Of a DNA stretch of 64,000 nucleotides, positions 1 through 9,800 are shown one piece after another. The notes beneath the pieces were generated by a model. The model was given only the letters and a program-made list of their open reading frames with translations, was not told the origin of the DNA and ran no database searches. The position numbers were made by a program, and so were the translations under genes. The first letter of the stretch is position 1. Each line of letters opens with the position of its first letter. This DNA comes from Minisyncoccota bacterium (GTDB taxonomy: Bacteria; Patescibacteriota; Minisyncoccia; Phycocordibacterales; Phycocordibacteraceae): positions 21,292-85,291 of the forward strand of contig DASZTF010000148.1 of the NCBI GenBank assembly GCA_035548315.1. Reading direction: 5' to 3'.

Positions 1-1037
1 GCGCCCATGTCTTTCGTGAGATACCCCTTCACTTCATGTCCCACGAAGTGTATGAGGCTCTCCTGGCGCTGGTTCGTCAGCTCGAGCTCGTGCGCCAGCT
101 TTTCAATATGCTCTCGCTGCTCGATCTCCCTCCGCACGCTTTTAACCAACACGAACCCAATCACTAGCGTCAGCAAGAGCGTAACGCCAATCAGAATCCT
201 GGTGACTGGACTCAGCGCGAACGCAAACTCAGCAGCCAAGAGACCGGTAAGTGCGACGACGAGCACTTGGGCGCCGAATATCTTCAAATCAAACGCGTGG
301 TACCGGACGATAAGATAACTCAGGTATGCTAGAAAGATCGGCATACCGAACAAACCGTATATCTCAATGTTGTACGCGTACTGCCACGCGTTCAGGAGAA
401 CGTCGAGGTTGGTTAAATACGAAAATAGGAAGAACGCGAACAAGAAAAGCGAAACTCCTGTACCTGCAAGTACAGTCTTGCGCCTAAAGTGCTTATCGGT
501 TGATCGATGTCGCGCAACAAAAGTAAATACAATGGCCGCAAGAATGAATCCAAGACGGGCATAGGTTACGTAGTCCGCTCCCGTTGATGCTTCAAAAGCT
601 TCACAGTTTATTGCATCATATGCGGTCAAATTGAGTCCCAGAAATGTCCAGTATGCCGATGGCGCAAGCACGGCAAGACCCACTAACTTCTGCCACCAAG
701 GGAGATCCCGATCTGCGACAAACACGTAGAGGAAGTAGTATGCAAATGCAAAGAAAACGAGGCTGAGGAAGTCAGTGAGCCCCCAGGTGAACATCATGGA
801 GCCTGCGCCAAGAAACGCGAACCACGAACCGATATCGACAAAACACCATGCAGCAAATGAGAGGCACAGCAAGAACAGAAGGGATCCGCTCAATCGACGG
901 GTGTTGTAGTACACAAAGCCACCAAAGAGGAGTGCGAGTATGGCCGTCGGGATATGCGAGTAGATGAGCAAACCGAGGGATATTTGACCTACAAGATAGT
1001 CATAGCAGTATTGAATATGGATAAGTGCGTCAGGCAT
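1..1037 (-). CDS. Membrane sensor histidine kinase with multi-TM (7TM-like) N-terminus; runs off the window start
   Basis: Not in the ORF track. Manual translation from ATG 1037 gives MPDALIHIQYCYDYLVGQISLGLLIYSHIPTAILALLFGG..., several hydrophobic helices, and near nt 1-60 SLIHFVGHEVKGYLTKD, an HisKA H-box-like motif. Confidence 0.8.
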   Translation of the reverse strand, partial: MPDALIHIQYCYDYLVGQISLGLLIYSHIPTAILALLFGGFVYYNTRRLSGSLLFLLCLSFAAWCFVDIGSWFAFLGAGSMMFTWGLTDFLSLVFFAFAYYFLYVFVADRDLPWWQKLVGLAVLAPSAYWTFLGLNLTAYDAINCEAFEASTGADYVTYARLGFILAAIVFTFVARHRSTDKHFRRKTVLAGTGVSLFLFAFFLFSYLTNLDVLLNAWQYAYNIEIYGLFGMPIFLAYLSYLIVRYHAFDLKIFGAQVLVVALTGLLAAEFAFALSPVTRILIGVTLLLTLVIGFVLVKSVRREIEQREHIEKLAHELELTNQRQESLIHFVGHEVKGYLTKDMG

Positions 1038-1038
1038 A

Positions 1039-1443
1039 TTATGGGGTGGTATCGGTTGACGAAGCGGCGGAGGTATCTACAGACGAGCTGGCGGTTTCTG
1101 ATTGTGTGCAAGTTTCCCCATCCTCGGCACCATCGGGGGTGCAGTACGTTACGCTACAATCATTAGCTGTTGAGCAATCAAATGCTTCACACGAGTTCTC
1201 AAGAAGGCAACTGGGCGCTAGCCGGCCTGGCAATTCGACCTTTTCATAAGGAGTGGTGTCGCATTCGGCATCCTCTTGTGATGAACAATCTGCGACAAAG
1301 CACGTCTGCTGAGCGGCGTCGCAGGGAGCAGCTGCGTCCACAAGGTAATCCCGCTGGACAACGTACTGGTCATATCGATACCCGACAATAGTAGCGATCG
1401 CTAAGACAAAGACGATAAGGGTAAGGGTCGAGCGCGAGAACAT
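1039..1443 (-). CDS. Membrane-anchored Cys-rich extracellular protein (10 Cys), unknown function
   Basis: 134-aa ORF with an N-terminal TM helix and an acidic Cys-rich domain; its stop is 1 nt from the kinase start. Confidence 0.75.
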   Translation of the reverse strand: MFSRSTLTLIVFVLAIATIVGYRYDQYVVQRDYLVDAAAPCDAAQQTCFVADCSSQEDAECDTTPYEKVELPGRLAPSCLLENSCEAFDCSTANDCSVTYCTPDGAEDGETCTQSETASSSVDTSAASSTDTTP

Positions 1444-1451
1444 ACTCTACA

Positions 1452-2264
1452 TTATATGGCACTCCGTTCCATTTTTTCATCTACGATAGCCTTCTGGGTA
1501 TAAGGGTGAGCATGCCAGAATTGATCTCCTTCGATTTCCGTAGGAGCAAGCGTCACGATAAGTGGCTTCACGCCAGCCTCCGCTATCAGTTCTTCTATAG
1601 CTGGCACTATCACCGTCTTAGTAAAACTGAATTCCTTTTCATCGATGAAGAAGTTCTCGAACAAAATTCCATCGCGAAGAAAAAGGGCGAGGAATTGCTT
1701 GTAGTAATCTTTTGCCGTTGGACCGAATGACCGCAACCATTCAGAAATATCGTGGGCGCAATCAGTATGACGGGGAAAGCTTTTTTGGAATAGCTCATGA
1801 TGGAAGTCCACGAGTGATTGACCCCAGATGGTAGTGACAGCTGAAATGGGTTTATTATTGCTCGCATTGAAGTCAATGACGCGGATGCTTTCCCAGACCG
1901 CTTCACCTTTCTTGTTCACTCCCTTGTGAAAGCAGAGCTTACCCAGAAAGTATTTACCTTCATTGCGATCATTAAATTTATCTTCTCCGTACTCGAGGAT
2001 GAGTGGCTTGAGTTCATGGAGCGCGTCTGCAACGGCCAAGAAGCGATATATCTCATAGTTGCTAGTAGCGATATGGCGGAATAGCACCATACTTTGCGCC
2101 CCGCGCATTGCGGGAGGAACACCGTGTGGCAGAAGCCGCCCCAGGAATGCGTCGAGTTGGGCATTGCTTTTGCGGTGCCTCAGCTCCTCGAGGGCCTGCT
2201 CCCATGGAGTGTAAACCAACGAGTTGAATTTTTCCCTACTTGAGAGGATTTCATTTACTTCCAT
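1452..2264 (-). CDS. Hypothetical cytoplasmic protein, enzyme-like
   Basis: 270-aa ORF of globular composition with motifs FRHIATSNYE, EYGEDKF, LVDFHH and GILFENF; 8 nt from the next gene. Confidence 0.8.
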   Translation of the reverse strand: MEVNEILSSREKFNSLVYTPWEQALEELRHRKSNAQLDAFLGRLLPHGVPPAMRGAQSMVLFRHIATSNYEIYRFLAVADALHELKPLILEYGEDKFNDRNEGKYFLGKLCFHKGVNKKGEAVWESIRVIDFNASNNKPISAVTTIWGQSLVDFHHELFQKSFPRHTDCAHDISEWLRSFGPTAKDYYKQFLALFLRDGILFENFFIDEKEFSFTKTVIVPAIEELIAEAGVKPLIVTLAPTEIEGDQFWHAHPYTQKAIVDEKMERSAI

Positions 2265-2329
2265 TGGATTGTGCGAAATTGAGACAGTAGCCCCTTATCA
2301 CTATAGTATTCGTAGTACCATTGGTAGGA

Positions 2330-2881
2330 CTAGAAGGCAATCCCAAACGGGGGACTAATTATTCTCCATAAGTATTCTAGGAATTCGACAACGATTCCTA
2401 CCTTGAGCAGCCACCAAGCATTCGCTACAGCAGTTGCAGCAAGAAATATGCCCCAGTCCCTCACAGTTAGCCCCGTGAAATGCTGGCGACGATAATGAAT
2501 CGCAACGATTACGGGGTCGAGTGGAAATAGAAGGGTGACGAAAACGATTGGGCTTGTAAGCTTTTCCCACCACGTGGTCTTCTTCTTCCCTATCCACGTA
2601 GCAAGTTTTGCAATATTACTCTTGTTCTCTTCGTCTTCTAGCTCTCGTAATGCGTGCGCACCGAGCCAATCTACCCGCAAATATTCGTACAGCCAGAAAA
2701 CGAACGCATTGATTGGAAATGTAAGCCCTGCGGCGATGATGCCGCCCACAAAGAAACCCCAGTACGCAAGGGCAAAAGGATAGAAAATGAAATCATAAAG
2801 GAAATTGAAGGATTCCCAGAGGAAAATCCCTGTTCCTATTTCCTGAATCTTTTTATAGTGTCGTCGAGCAAAAGAGATCAT
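2330..2881 (-). CDS. Hypothetical integral membrane protein
   Basis: 183 aa with about 4 hydrophobic aromatic-rich segments; TATACT 6 nt before the ATG. Confidence 0.75.
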   Translation of the reverse strand: MISFARRHYKKIQEIGTGIFLWESFNFLYDFIFYPFALAYWGFFVGGIIAAGLTFPINAFVFWLYEYLRVDWLGAHALRELEDEENKSNIAKLATWIGKKKTTWWEKLTSPIVFVTLLFPLDPVIVAIHYRRQHFTGLTVRDWGIFLAATAVANAWWLLKVGIVVEFLEYLWRIISPPFGIAF

Positions 2882-2975
2882 ATCTCCAGTATACCGACAG
2901 GCCTTATGCTTGACTTTTCATAGGTATTATGTAATATACTTAAGTCCACAAAAACCACCTGAAAGGAGTGATCCC

Positions 2976-3233
2976 ATGCGTACATTCTATATCTCACTTG
3001 CAGCAGGTCTCCTGCTTGCAGGTGCGGCACATGCAGCCACCGAGTGCTCGGCCCAGCGCGCCGAGGGAAACGCCAGTATCCTGACGTTCCCCTGCGCGCA
3101 GCCGAAGTTCAAGGAATACGCGGCACTGCACCCAGACAAAGCACTGGCCTGCAGCGCCTCGTATCGCTCCGGCTCTCACGAACCGGTCGGCTACGTCTGC
3201 ACCGTCCGCCGCAAACTTCTGCCCACGCCCTGA
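2976..3233 (+). CDS. Small secreted Cys-containing orphan protein
   Basis: MRTFYISLAAGLLLAGAAHA signal peptide and 4 Cys; SD AAGGAG upstream, TTGACT at 2910, terminator downstream. Confidence 0.65.
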   Translation: MRTFYISLAAGLLLAGAAHAATECSAQRAEGNASILTFPCAQPKFKEYAALHPDKALACSASYRSGSHEPVGYVCTVRRKLLPTP

Positions 3234-3249
3234 TTGGGGTGTCGGACGA

Positions 3250-3282
3250 AAAGCCGCTTGAAGCAACCCTTCAAGCGGCTTT
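3250..3282. terminator. Bidirectional intrinsic terminator
   Basis: AAAGCCGCTTGAAG-caacc-CTTCAAGCGGCTTT between convergent genes. Confidence 0.75.
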
Positions 3283-3363
3283 CCCTTTGATGAGACAAGT
3301 ACCATCACCTTGTTCACATTCCTGCTACATCCACTGCAAACCTCTCACAATCTTGTTTTCCTC

Positions 3364-4515
3364 TTACGAGTTAGGAATAAAGAGAGGCGGTGTCTGGAAC
3401 TCCGAACTGTGCTGATCAACGTCTAGCGTCTGGAGGCTGTTGAGGTCACTATCGGTCGTCGAGAACCGCAGCGCGTCAAGTCCAACTTGGTAATAGTCCG
3501 TAGCGCTTGGATCGATATAAGCAACTGAGGAAAATGTTTCCGTATCGCCCGCGTGAATCACCCAAAATGAAGTATTTCCTGGATCCACGTCTGCGGTCGA
3601 ACTTGCTGCGAGCGATGTTGTCCCCACTGCTTGATGTGAAAGATTCAAATCCAAGATCAAACCGCTTTGGGTATTCTCCGTAGTTGAGGAAATGAGGCGC
3701 GGTATGTATATATCGCCACCAAGCGCAGTTACCGCTGCATCGATGGTGAAGGTTCCGTAGCTCTTACTTGGGTCTGCAGCATTGTAGGTAAGAACAGCTG
3801 CAGAATCTGCACCAACTACATTCACCCCAGGATAAATGGACAACGTCTGCCTATTCCCTTGTGCCGTGCCTACTACCGAATCAGCTTTTCCCGACTTCGC
3901 ATTTATAGCCGTAATGCTCGTTCCCTCTGAAATGGACGTTAGTGACTCCCCCGTTGCTGCATAATTCCCCTTTTGCGGCAATAGACCAATGCTTACAACG
4001 AAAGGTTGTGTTGCGCCTTTTGCAATTTTAATCGGGGTGGAAAATGTGAACGAAATCGTGTTGTCGGTATGTAGTACGCCGGTGCCATAGATATGGCCCT
4101 TTTCGTTTTTGATAATCGCCTTTGCAACGATATCAGTAATGTTGGCAGCTGGACTTTGAGGAGGGCTGCTCGTAGATACTTCGAGCGTTACGTTCTGTAT
4201 GAGTGTTGCGCCACCTTCTCCGTCATTCCTGAGATCAAAGGCAAACAAGGTGACGTTTTTGGTCTGCTTCTTTGCCGAGACAAGAACCAATTGTGCAGGA
4301 GGATTATTTGCGTCAAGGAAATCGTGAACGGTACTAGTCGCTGCACCCCTTGGTTCGACTGCAGTGCTTGGATTGGTGTGCGTAGATGGTGTTTGCGACA
4401 CCGGTGCCGAATGGATTGAGGCAGTTATGCGAGCAGCTGCATATGCAGGCATCGTTTGAGAGAGAAATATAACTAAGATGGCCAAAATTGCGGATGCGTA
4501 GGTGCGAGACTTCAT
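3364..4515 (-). CDS. Secreted beta-rich surface protein
   Basis: 383 aa with a signal peptide (...MPAYA) and a Thr/Ser-rich Ig-like composition. Confidence 0.75.
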   Translation of the reverse strand: MKSRTYASAILAILVIFLSQTMPAYAAARITASIHSAPVSQTPSTHTNPSTAVEPRGAATSTVHDFLDANNPPAQLVLVSAKKQTKNVTLFAFDLRNDGEGGATLIQNVTLEVSTSSPPQSPAANITDIVAKAIIKNEKGHIYGTGVLHTDNTISFTFSTPIKIAKGATQPFVVSIGLLPQKGNYAATGESLTSISEGTSITAINAKSGKADSVVGTAQGNRQTLSIYPGVNVVGADSAAVLTYNAADPSKSYGTFTIDAAVTALGGDIYIPRLISSTTENTQSGLILDLNLSHQAVGTTSLAASSTADVDPGNTSFWVIHAGDTETFSSVAYIDPSATDYYQVGLDALRFSTTDSDLNSLQTLDVDQHSSEFQTPPLFIPNS

Positions 4516-4642
4516 ATGTGGCGGTTATACCACGGAATTGCATCATTGGACAGGTGTAGTTCATCTACGCTCCATACTTGATTCACAGGTCTTTCAGCGA
4601 CCTTCTGCAATGATTGAGACGTTATCAACTAACGGAATACCT

Positions 4643-5158
4643 ATGAAGAGTACGTACTCAACAATTCGTTCTACCATTGCCGCGGCTGCTATCGCTGGCG
4701 CTGCCGCAGGCAGTATCGCGCTCGCCGCACCAGCGTTCGCCGCTGATACGATAGTGACCGGCTACGAGACCGGCTATTCGTACCACCAGGGCCTCGCAAA
4801 CGGCTCGGGTGCAGCGCTCATGGCGCAGCAGTACGGGACCCAGCAGTCAAACGGCATTACGACGACCGATACCTCGGTCGCCCCGTCTGACGTGAGCGTG
4901 GCCCCGACCAACAGCGTGACCACCGAGCTCCCTGCGAGCGCGCAGGCTGCTGTGGCACCGGCACCGGTGCAGCAGCCGACGGTGGCGCAGGCCGCGAGCC
5001 CGACGCTCGCTGACCAATTCGCGGCTATCCCGGTGACGACGTGGGCGGCACTCGCGCTCATCCTGCTCGCGCTCATCCTCGTGATCCTCATGCTCGCGAC
5101 CCCGGCCGAGACCGTGACGCGCACGCGCACCACGCGCAGCTACCAGTACCACTCGTAG
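4643..5158 (+). CDS. Secreted low-complexity protein with C-terminal TM anchor
   Basis: Start reassigned to MKSTYST; signal peptide ending APAFA, a T/A/P/Q-rich stalk and a C-terminal hydrophobic helix. Confidence 0.7.
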   Translation: MKSTYSTIRSTIAAAAIAGAAAGSIALAAPAFAADTIVTGYETGYSYHQGLANGSGAALMAQQYGTQQSNGITTTDTSVAPSDVSVAPTNSVTTELPASAQAAVAPAPVQQPTVAQAASPTLADQFAAIPVTTWAALALILLALILVILMLATPAETVTRTRTTRSYQYHS

Positions 5159-5177
5159 CCGCACAGTGCTGACATAA

Positions 5178-5208
5178 CGCACGCGCCCCTCGCTGAGGGG
5201 CGCGTGCG
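5178..5208. terminator. GC-rich hairpin between convergent genes
   Basis: CGCACGCGCCCCTC-gct-GAGGGGCGCGTGCG. Confidence 0.6.
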
Positions 5209-5235
5209 CGTACTACTTAATTACTAGTGTCGCGG

Positions 5236-5895
5236 CTACTTCTGCCCTGCTGGAATGCCGTCCATAATGCGCTTCGCGCTGACATCCGTCCCACTCACCG
5301 TACCGTCAATGCCGACGGAATCGCCGACTTGAATATCGGAGACTGAGATGGTCTCCATTTTCGACGCGGTGGCACCCGACGCATCTACCGTGTAGGTAGT
5401 GCCGTTGTCACCTGTGACCGTGACGGTCGTGCCATTCACGGCAGTGACTTTACCACGCACACCCGGCATCATGCCGCCCTTCCCCGGGCGACCGAACATG
5501 CCGACGTCAATAGTGGTCGCAGTGATCTGCGTGCCATTTGCGGTACCATGCACCGCGACGACATCGCCGACCTGGATAGTGGAAACGGCCACCGTGGTGT
5601 CCGTGGGTTCACCGCCCTGCGTGGCAGGAGGATTATGCTTGGTCACGGTGGCACCAGAGGCGTCCACCGTGTACGTAGTGCTGCCTTTCATATCCTCAAC
5701 CGTGAGCGTGGTGCCGCTCACGGCAGTGACCTTGCCGATGGCGGTCGGGCGCTCCATGGGCGGATGCGCGGCGCCCGAAACACTGGTGCTGGAATTAGTG
5801 GTGTCCGCCTTAGCGATGGCCACCGCCCCTCCTCCGGCGCTAATAACAAGTGCGAGCGCTGCGAGCGGAACGACTACCTTCTTATTCGTAAGCAT
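5236..5895 (-). CDS. Secreted protein with two DUF5666-like OB-fold repeats
   Basis: Signal peptide; duplicated unit GKVTAV.GTT.TV...TTYTVDASGAT...VS.IQVGD.V...GT. Confidence 0.75.
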   Translation of the reverse strand: MLTNKKVVVPLAALALVISAGGGAVAIAKADTTNSSTSVSGAAHPPMERPTAIGKVTAVSGTTLTVEDMKGSTTYTVDASGATVTKHNPPATQGGEPTDTTVAVSTIQVGDVVAVHGTANGTQITATTIDVGMFGRPGKGGMMPGVRGKVTAVNGTTVTVTGDNGTTYTVDASGATASKMETISVSDIQVGDSVGIDGTVSGTDVSAKRIMDGIPAGQK

Positions 5896-5953
5896 GATTT
5901 CTAGCTATTTCTAAACCACGTTGCGAATCCATGGCGGGCAGAGCCCGTACTAG

Positions 5954-5983
5954 TACTACGCGGCGAGGCCGCGATTCGGTTCA
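5954..5983 (-). promoter_or_regulatory. Putative ECF-sigma-type promoter
   Basis: TGAACC-N17-CGTAGTA on the minus strand; the same architecture recurs at 6831-6860. Confidence 0.45.
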
Positions 5984-6388
5984 CCTAAGCAGGAGCCCGC
6001 AAATACCCGCTGTAGCCCACCCGAGTATGGAGACGGCGCCGCTCGCAAGCAGCATGCGCTTTTCTCCAGCGCTCAATGCGTCCCAGGTGCGCGTCGCTGC
6101 ATCAGTAGAAAAGCGATCGAGGAACGCACTGTTAATGATGAGCGCGGCGACCGCGACCATTTTGACGATGAACGTGGTGTCGGAGAGATAGAGCGCGGGC
6201 GCACGCAGATAGAGGAATCCGCCGGTGATGATGGTGAGGGCGAGACCACTGGCGACAAGGTAGTGGACGACGCGAAGGCTGTTGGTGTTGAGCTGCTTCT
6301 TCCCGAAGAGATACCTGAGCGCCTGCTCGTCTGCGTATGCAACGACGAGCAGCGTAAGAATAATGAATACTACGTGGAGCGTCTTCAT
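5981..6388 (-). CDS. 4-TM membrane protein with His residues in TM helices, partner of the cytochrome b5 gene
   Basis: 135 aa, hydrophobic; 3 nt downstream of the cytochrome b5 gene. Confidence 0.7.
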   Translation of the reverse strand: MKTLHVVFIILTLLVVAYADEQALRYLFGKKQLNTNSLRVVHYLVASGLALTIITGGFLYLRAPALYLSDTTFIVKMVAVAALIINSAFLDRFSTDAATRTWDALSAGEKRMLLASGAVSILGWATAGICGLLLR

Positions 6389-6391
6389 AGA

Positions 6392-6820
6392 CTAGGATGC
6401 GAGGCTGCCTATTTTGAACGATGCGAGAATGCTCTGCGCGCGTGGGTCGCGACCGTGCATGCTTTCGAATGTCGCGGTGCCGTCTCTGCCGCAGATAAAA
6501 AGGATCGCCTGCTCCCCGCCCGGGTGCTGACCAATCCAGGAGGTCAGGTCGTATACGTCGCCGCCAATTGCGGTCCAACAGCTCGACGCGCCATTATGTG
6601 CCGCGACCTGCGCCATCGTGTATCCGGATGTTCCCGCACCAGAATCAGAACCAGTCGTATCTCCGCTCGTGCCTGTAGCAGTTGCGTCGGTACCCGTATC
6701 GGTACCCGTCGCTACGGACGGCGTGACCTGCACCTGCGGAGGAGTGCCTGGGTTCGCATAGTAAAATCCGCCCACCAGGACGAGAAGAAAGAGTACACCG
6801 AGAGCTGCCGACGTCTTCAT
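6392..6820 (-). CDS. Membrane-anchored cytochrome b5-like heme/steroid-binding protein
   Basis: YTMAQVAAHN..SCW..I...VYDLT.W...HPGG...I...CG.DGT..F..MH is the Cyt-b5 signature. Confidence 0.92.
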   Translation of the reverse strand: MKTSAALGVLFLLVLVGGFYYANPGTPPQVQVTPSVATGTDTGTDATATGTSGDTTGSDSGAGTSGYTMAQVAAHNGASSCWTAIGGDVYDLTSWIGQHPGGEQAILFICGRDGTATFESMHGRDPRAQSILASFKIGSLAS

Positions 6821-6830
6821 GCGATACCTA

Positions 6831-6860
6831 TACTACGGGTCGTGGCGCGGAAATGGTGCG
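6831..6860 (-). promoter_or_regulatory. Putative ECF-sigma-type promoter
   Basis: CGCACC-N17-CGTAGTA on the minus strand upstream of the cytochrome b5 gene. Confidence 0.4.
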
Positions 6861-6863
6861 TAC

Positions 6864-9800
6864 CTAGTGCGTACTCATCGAGGCGCGCGTGAGCGGGCCG
6901 TAATACCCGGCGGCCGGAGCGATGCCCCGTGCCTTCTGATACGCCGCGAGCGCGGCGCGGGTCTGCGCGCCGAAGTAGCCGGTCGCACCAGCCGGAATGG
7001 TAAACCCATGCGCAATAAGAAACTGCTGGAGCGCCGTCACATCGGCACCCTGCGCGCCAAGGGTGATATCACGGGTAGGGAGCGCACCCGCAGTCGGGTG
7101 GGTACCGACCTGTGCCACGAGCGCTTGGTACTGCGCCATGAGTTCGGAGAGTTTCGACTGCAGGCCGGCGACACCCGATGGCGGACTGAATACATTCGAG
7201 AAGCCTAGGGTGGAAGAAGAACCCCGGTGAGAGACGCGTGCCGGACCCTTGTGCGGGATGACCGTGGGAGTGACTTCATCCGCAGAAGGCGGGCTCCACG
7301 ACGACGTATTAAGTTCATCAAAATCGGTCCGGCCGTCGTATGCAGAAGCAACATAGCTGCCCGCGCCGTCGTTCACACCGACCGCGGTCGCGTCGTTAAT
7401 CGGCGCCGTCTGGGGGCCGTAATTTATTTCAAACGTATTGTCGTTCTTGAGGACGATCTCGAAGTCTGCGATGCTGTCGCCATTCTCGATGTCGGTCGCC
7501 TGCCACCTGAATATCACCTGGCCATCGCCGTTATCGGTGACGTAAATGTCGTCGCCCTCGTTCTCATTCGTGAGGAGGTCATTGCCGTACGCAAATATCA
7601 CCGGCACCCCGATGCCGTCGGCGACGCTCACATTATATTCATCGATATTGCCACCATCAGAAAAGGCAAGGTAGCCGTTCGAATCCACATACACGCGGTC
7701 GTACGTTTGCCCATAGAACGTGAACGTAAACGGCAGGTCGTACTCCCAGTGGTCGTCGTCGGCGTTCCAGCCCTGCGCCGTGCCGCCGCCGTGATAGTGA
7801 TTCACGTCGAGAATAGTCTCTACGGGACTCTCGCCGTTTGAGCGTGATGGCGTGGTGAAATCGTCTGACTCGTCGGGTTCGGGTCCTTCGTAGGTGCGCA
7901 GGAGCGGCAGCGGTGCGTCGTTCCCCGAGAGATCCCACACTACTGAACTGTTCCAAGAAGCGATCGGTGTGCCGTCGGTGCCGAGCCAGTAGCCATCAGC
8001 GCTCCCGTCGACGCCAATGCACACATCGCCGAAGTCATCTCCCGGTGCGTTGCAATCGGAAAGCCCCGACTGCACGGTATCGAAGTAGTTGTCGTAGAGC
8101 TGGCTCGGCGGATTGTCTGAATCGATGTAGCCCACGAACCCTCCTATGGGCGCTCCGCCTGTGGTGACGGCTGCGGTGGAGAATGAATGGAGTACCGCGC
8201 CGTCATTCGACTCCATCGTGCCGACGAGTCCTCCTGAGGCATACGCCTCGCTATGATCACCGGCATTCACGGTGCCCGCCGCATAGCTACGCGAGATAAG
8301 CCCGTCTACCACTAACCCTGCGACGCCGCCGAATGCCCCGTACTCCATACTGGGAAGATCGGCATTGTACTCGGTGATGCCGGTACTGTAGCTATTGCGG
8401 ATACGCGCACCGCCGTCTACGAATCCGGCGATGCCACCGGCGCCGAAGGCGCCGGATATATGTGCATTAGTGCTCGAGCGGGAAATGAGCGCTCCGGGTC
8501 CACTATCAAGGTCGTTGAAGGCAAAGCCTGCAATACCGCCCACGATAAAGGGTGAGATAGCGGTGCCGTCGAACTCACTCCCATCGACCTCGCCGCCGTA
8601 GAGGCCGCCGACGAGGCCGCCCGTACCGGCAAAGGGATAATTGGCTCCGCTTGGGTTGACCGAGACAACCGTCGCACCAGAGGATACCCGTATGAGCGTC
8701 GTATCTGCCGCGACGCCGACGATGCTCCCCGTGAGGTCATCACCCACGATGAGACTGTCGGCCGATATCGCGAGGTCATGAATGGTCGCGCCATAGGTGA
8801 ATCGAAAGAGGCCGTTCGCGCTTTCTCCCTCGTTCTCCACATCGATGGTGATGGTGTGCCCTGCGCCGTCAAAGTCACCCGTGAAGGGTCCGCTGAAATC
8901 GCCGCTGCCGATCATGATGAAATTTCCCGCTGCTGAACAATCGAGGTCGGTGTCGAGCACATAATCGCTGGTGAGATAACTATTCACGCCGACCAGGTCC
9001 TCGCAGCTGTCGATGACGTACGGATTCTCTGAACTGCCGTCTCCGGAAGCGAACGTGTAGTCACCTCCTCCCCCGCCGCCCGTACAGTCGCTCGTAGTAA
9101 ACGTGGCATCACTCGAGGTCGCGGTTTCCCCATCCTCGTTCGTGAACGATTGCACGAAGTGGTACGTGGTGGCGCACGCAAGACCGGTGACATCGGTAGC
9201 GCCGCTGTCAGCAAACGAAGCAGTGTAGGTGACGGGCGTGTTCTGCGCGTAATCGCCATGCGCAGTGTAGTACGCGTCGTCCGCGTAGTGCAGTTCAAAA
9301 TGATGGAGCGGCGAGGAACCGACACTCGCCATGTCGTAGTGGACGATGACCGAGTTCTCGGTGATGTCGCTCACTGCACCCGAATCATCGGCGAATACTG
9401 GTGGCGCCGGCGGCGCCTTGAGGGTGAAGGGGTCCGACACAATCACAGAACCTGTCGCATAGGCATCCTGCACCGTGATGCGCAGCTCTGCGTTGGTCGT
9501 GCTCGCTTGCGGTGCGTCGTCGGTAAAGTCCCAGTAGAACGGCACATTATCGCGATTATTGACGCCGTCACCATAGGTGGGGATGTTGGTTATCGTGTTC
9601 CCGCTTATGGGGAATGCTGCACCAGAAAGATGCCCTGCATTCGTCCACGTGCTCCCACCATCAAGCGAGTACTCCACCGCGATCGACACCGGGTCGCTCT
9701 CCGTATCATTAATGTGCACATTCGGACTCACGGTAGAAGCGGTCGGCGAATCTTGTGTCGGCTCGTCATTCCAATCCATCGTGGGCGGGTTGTTGGGCGT

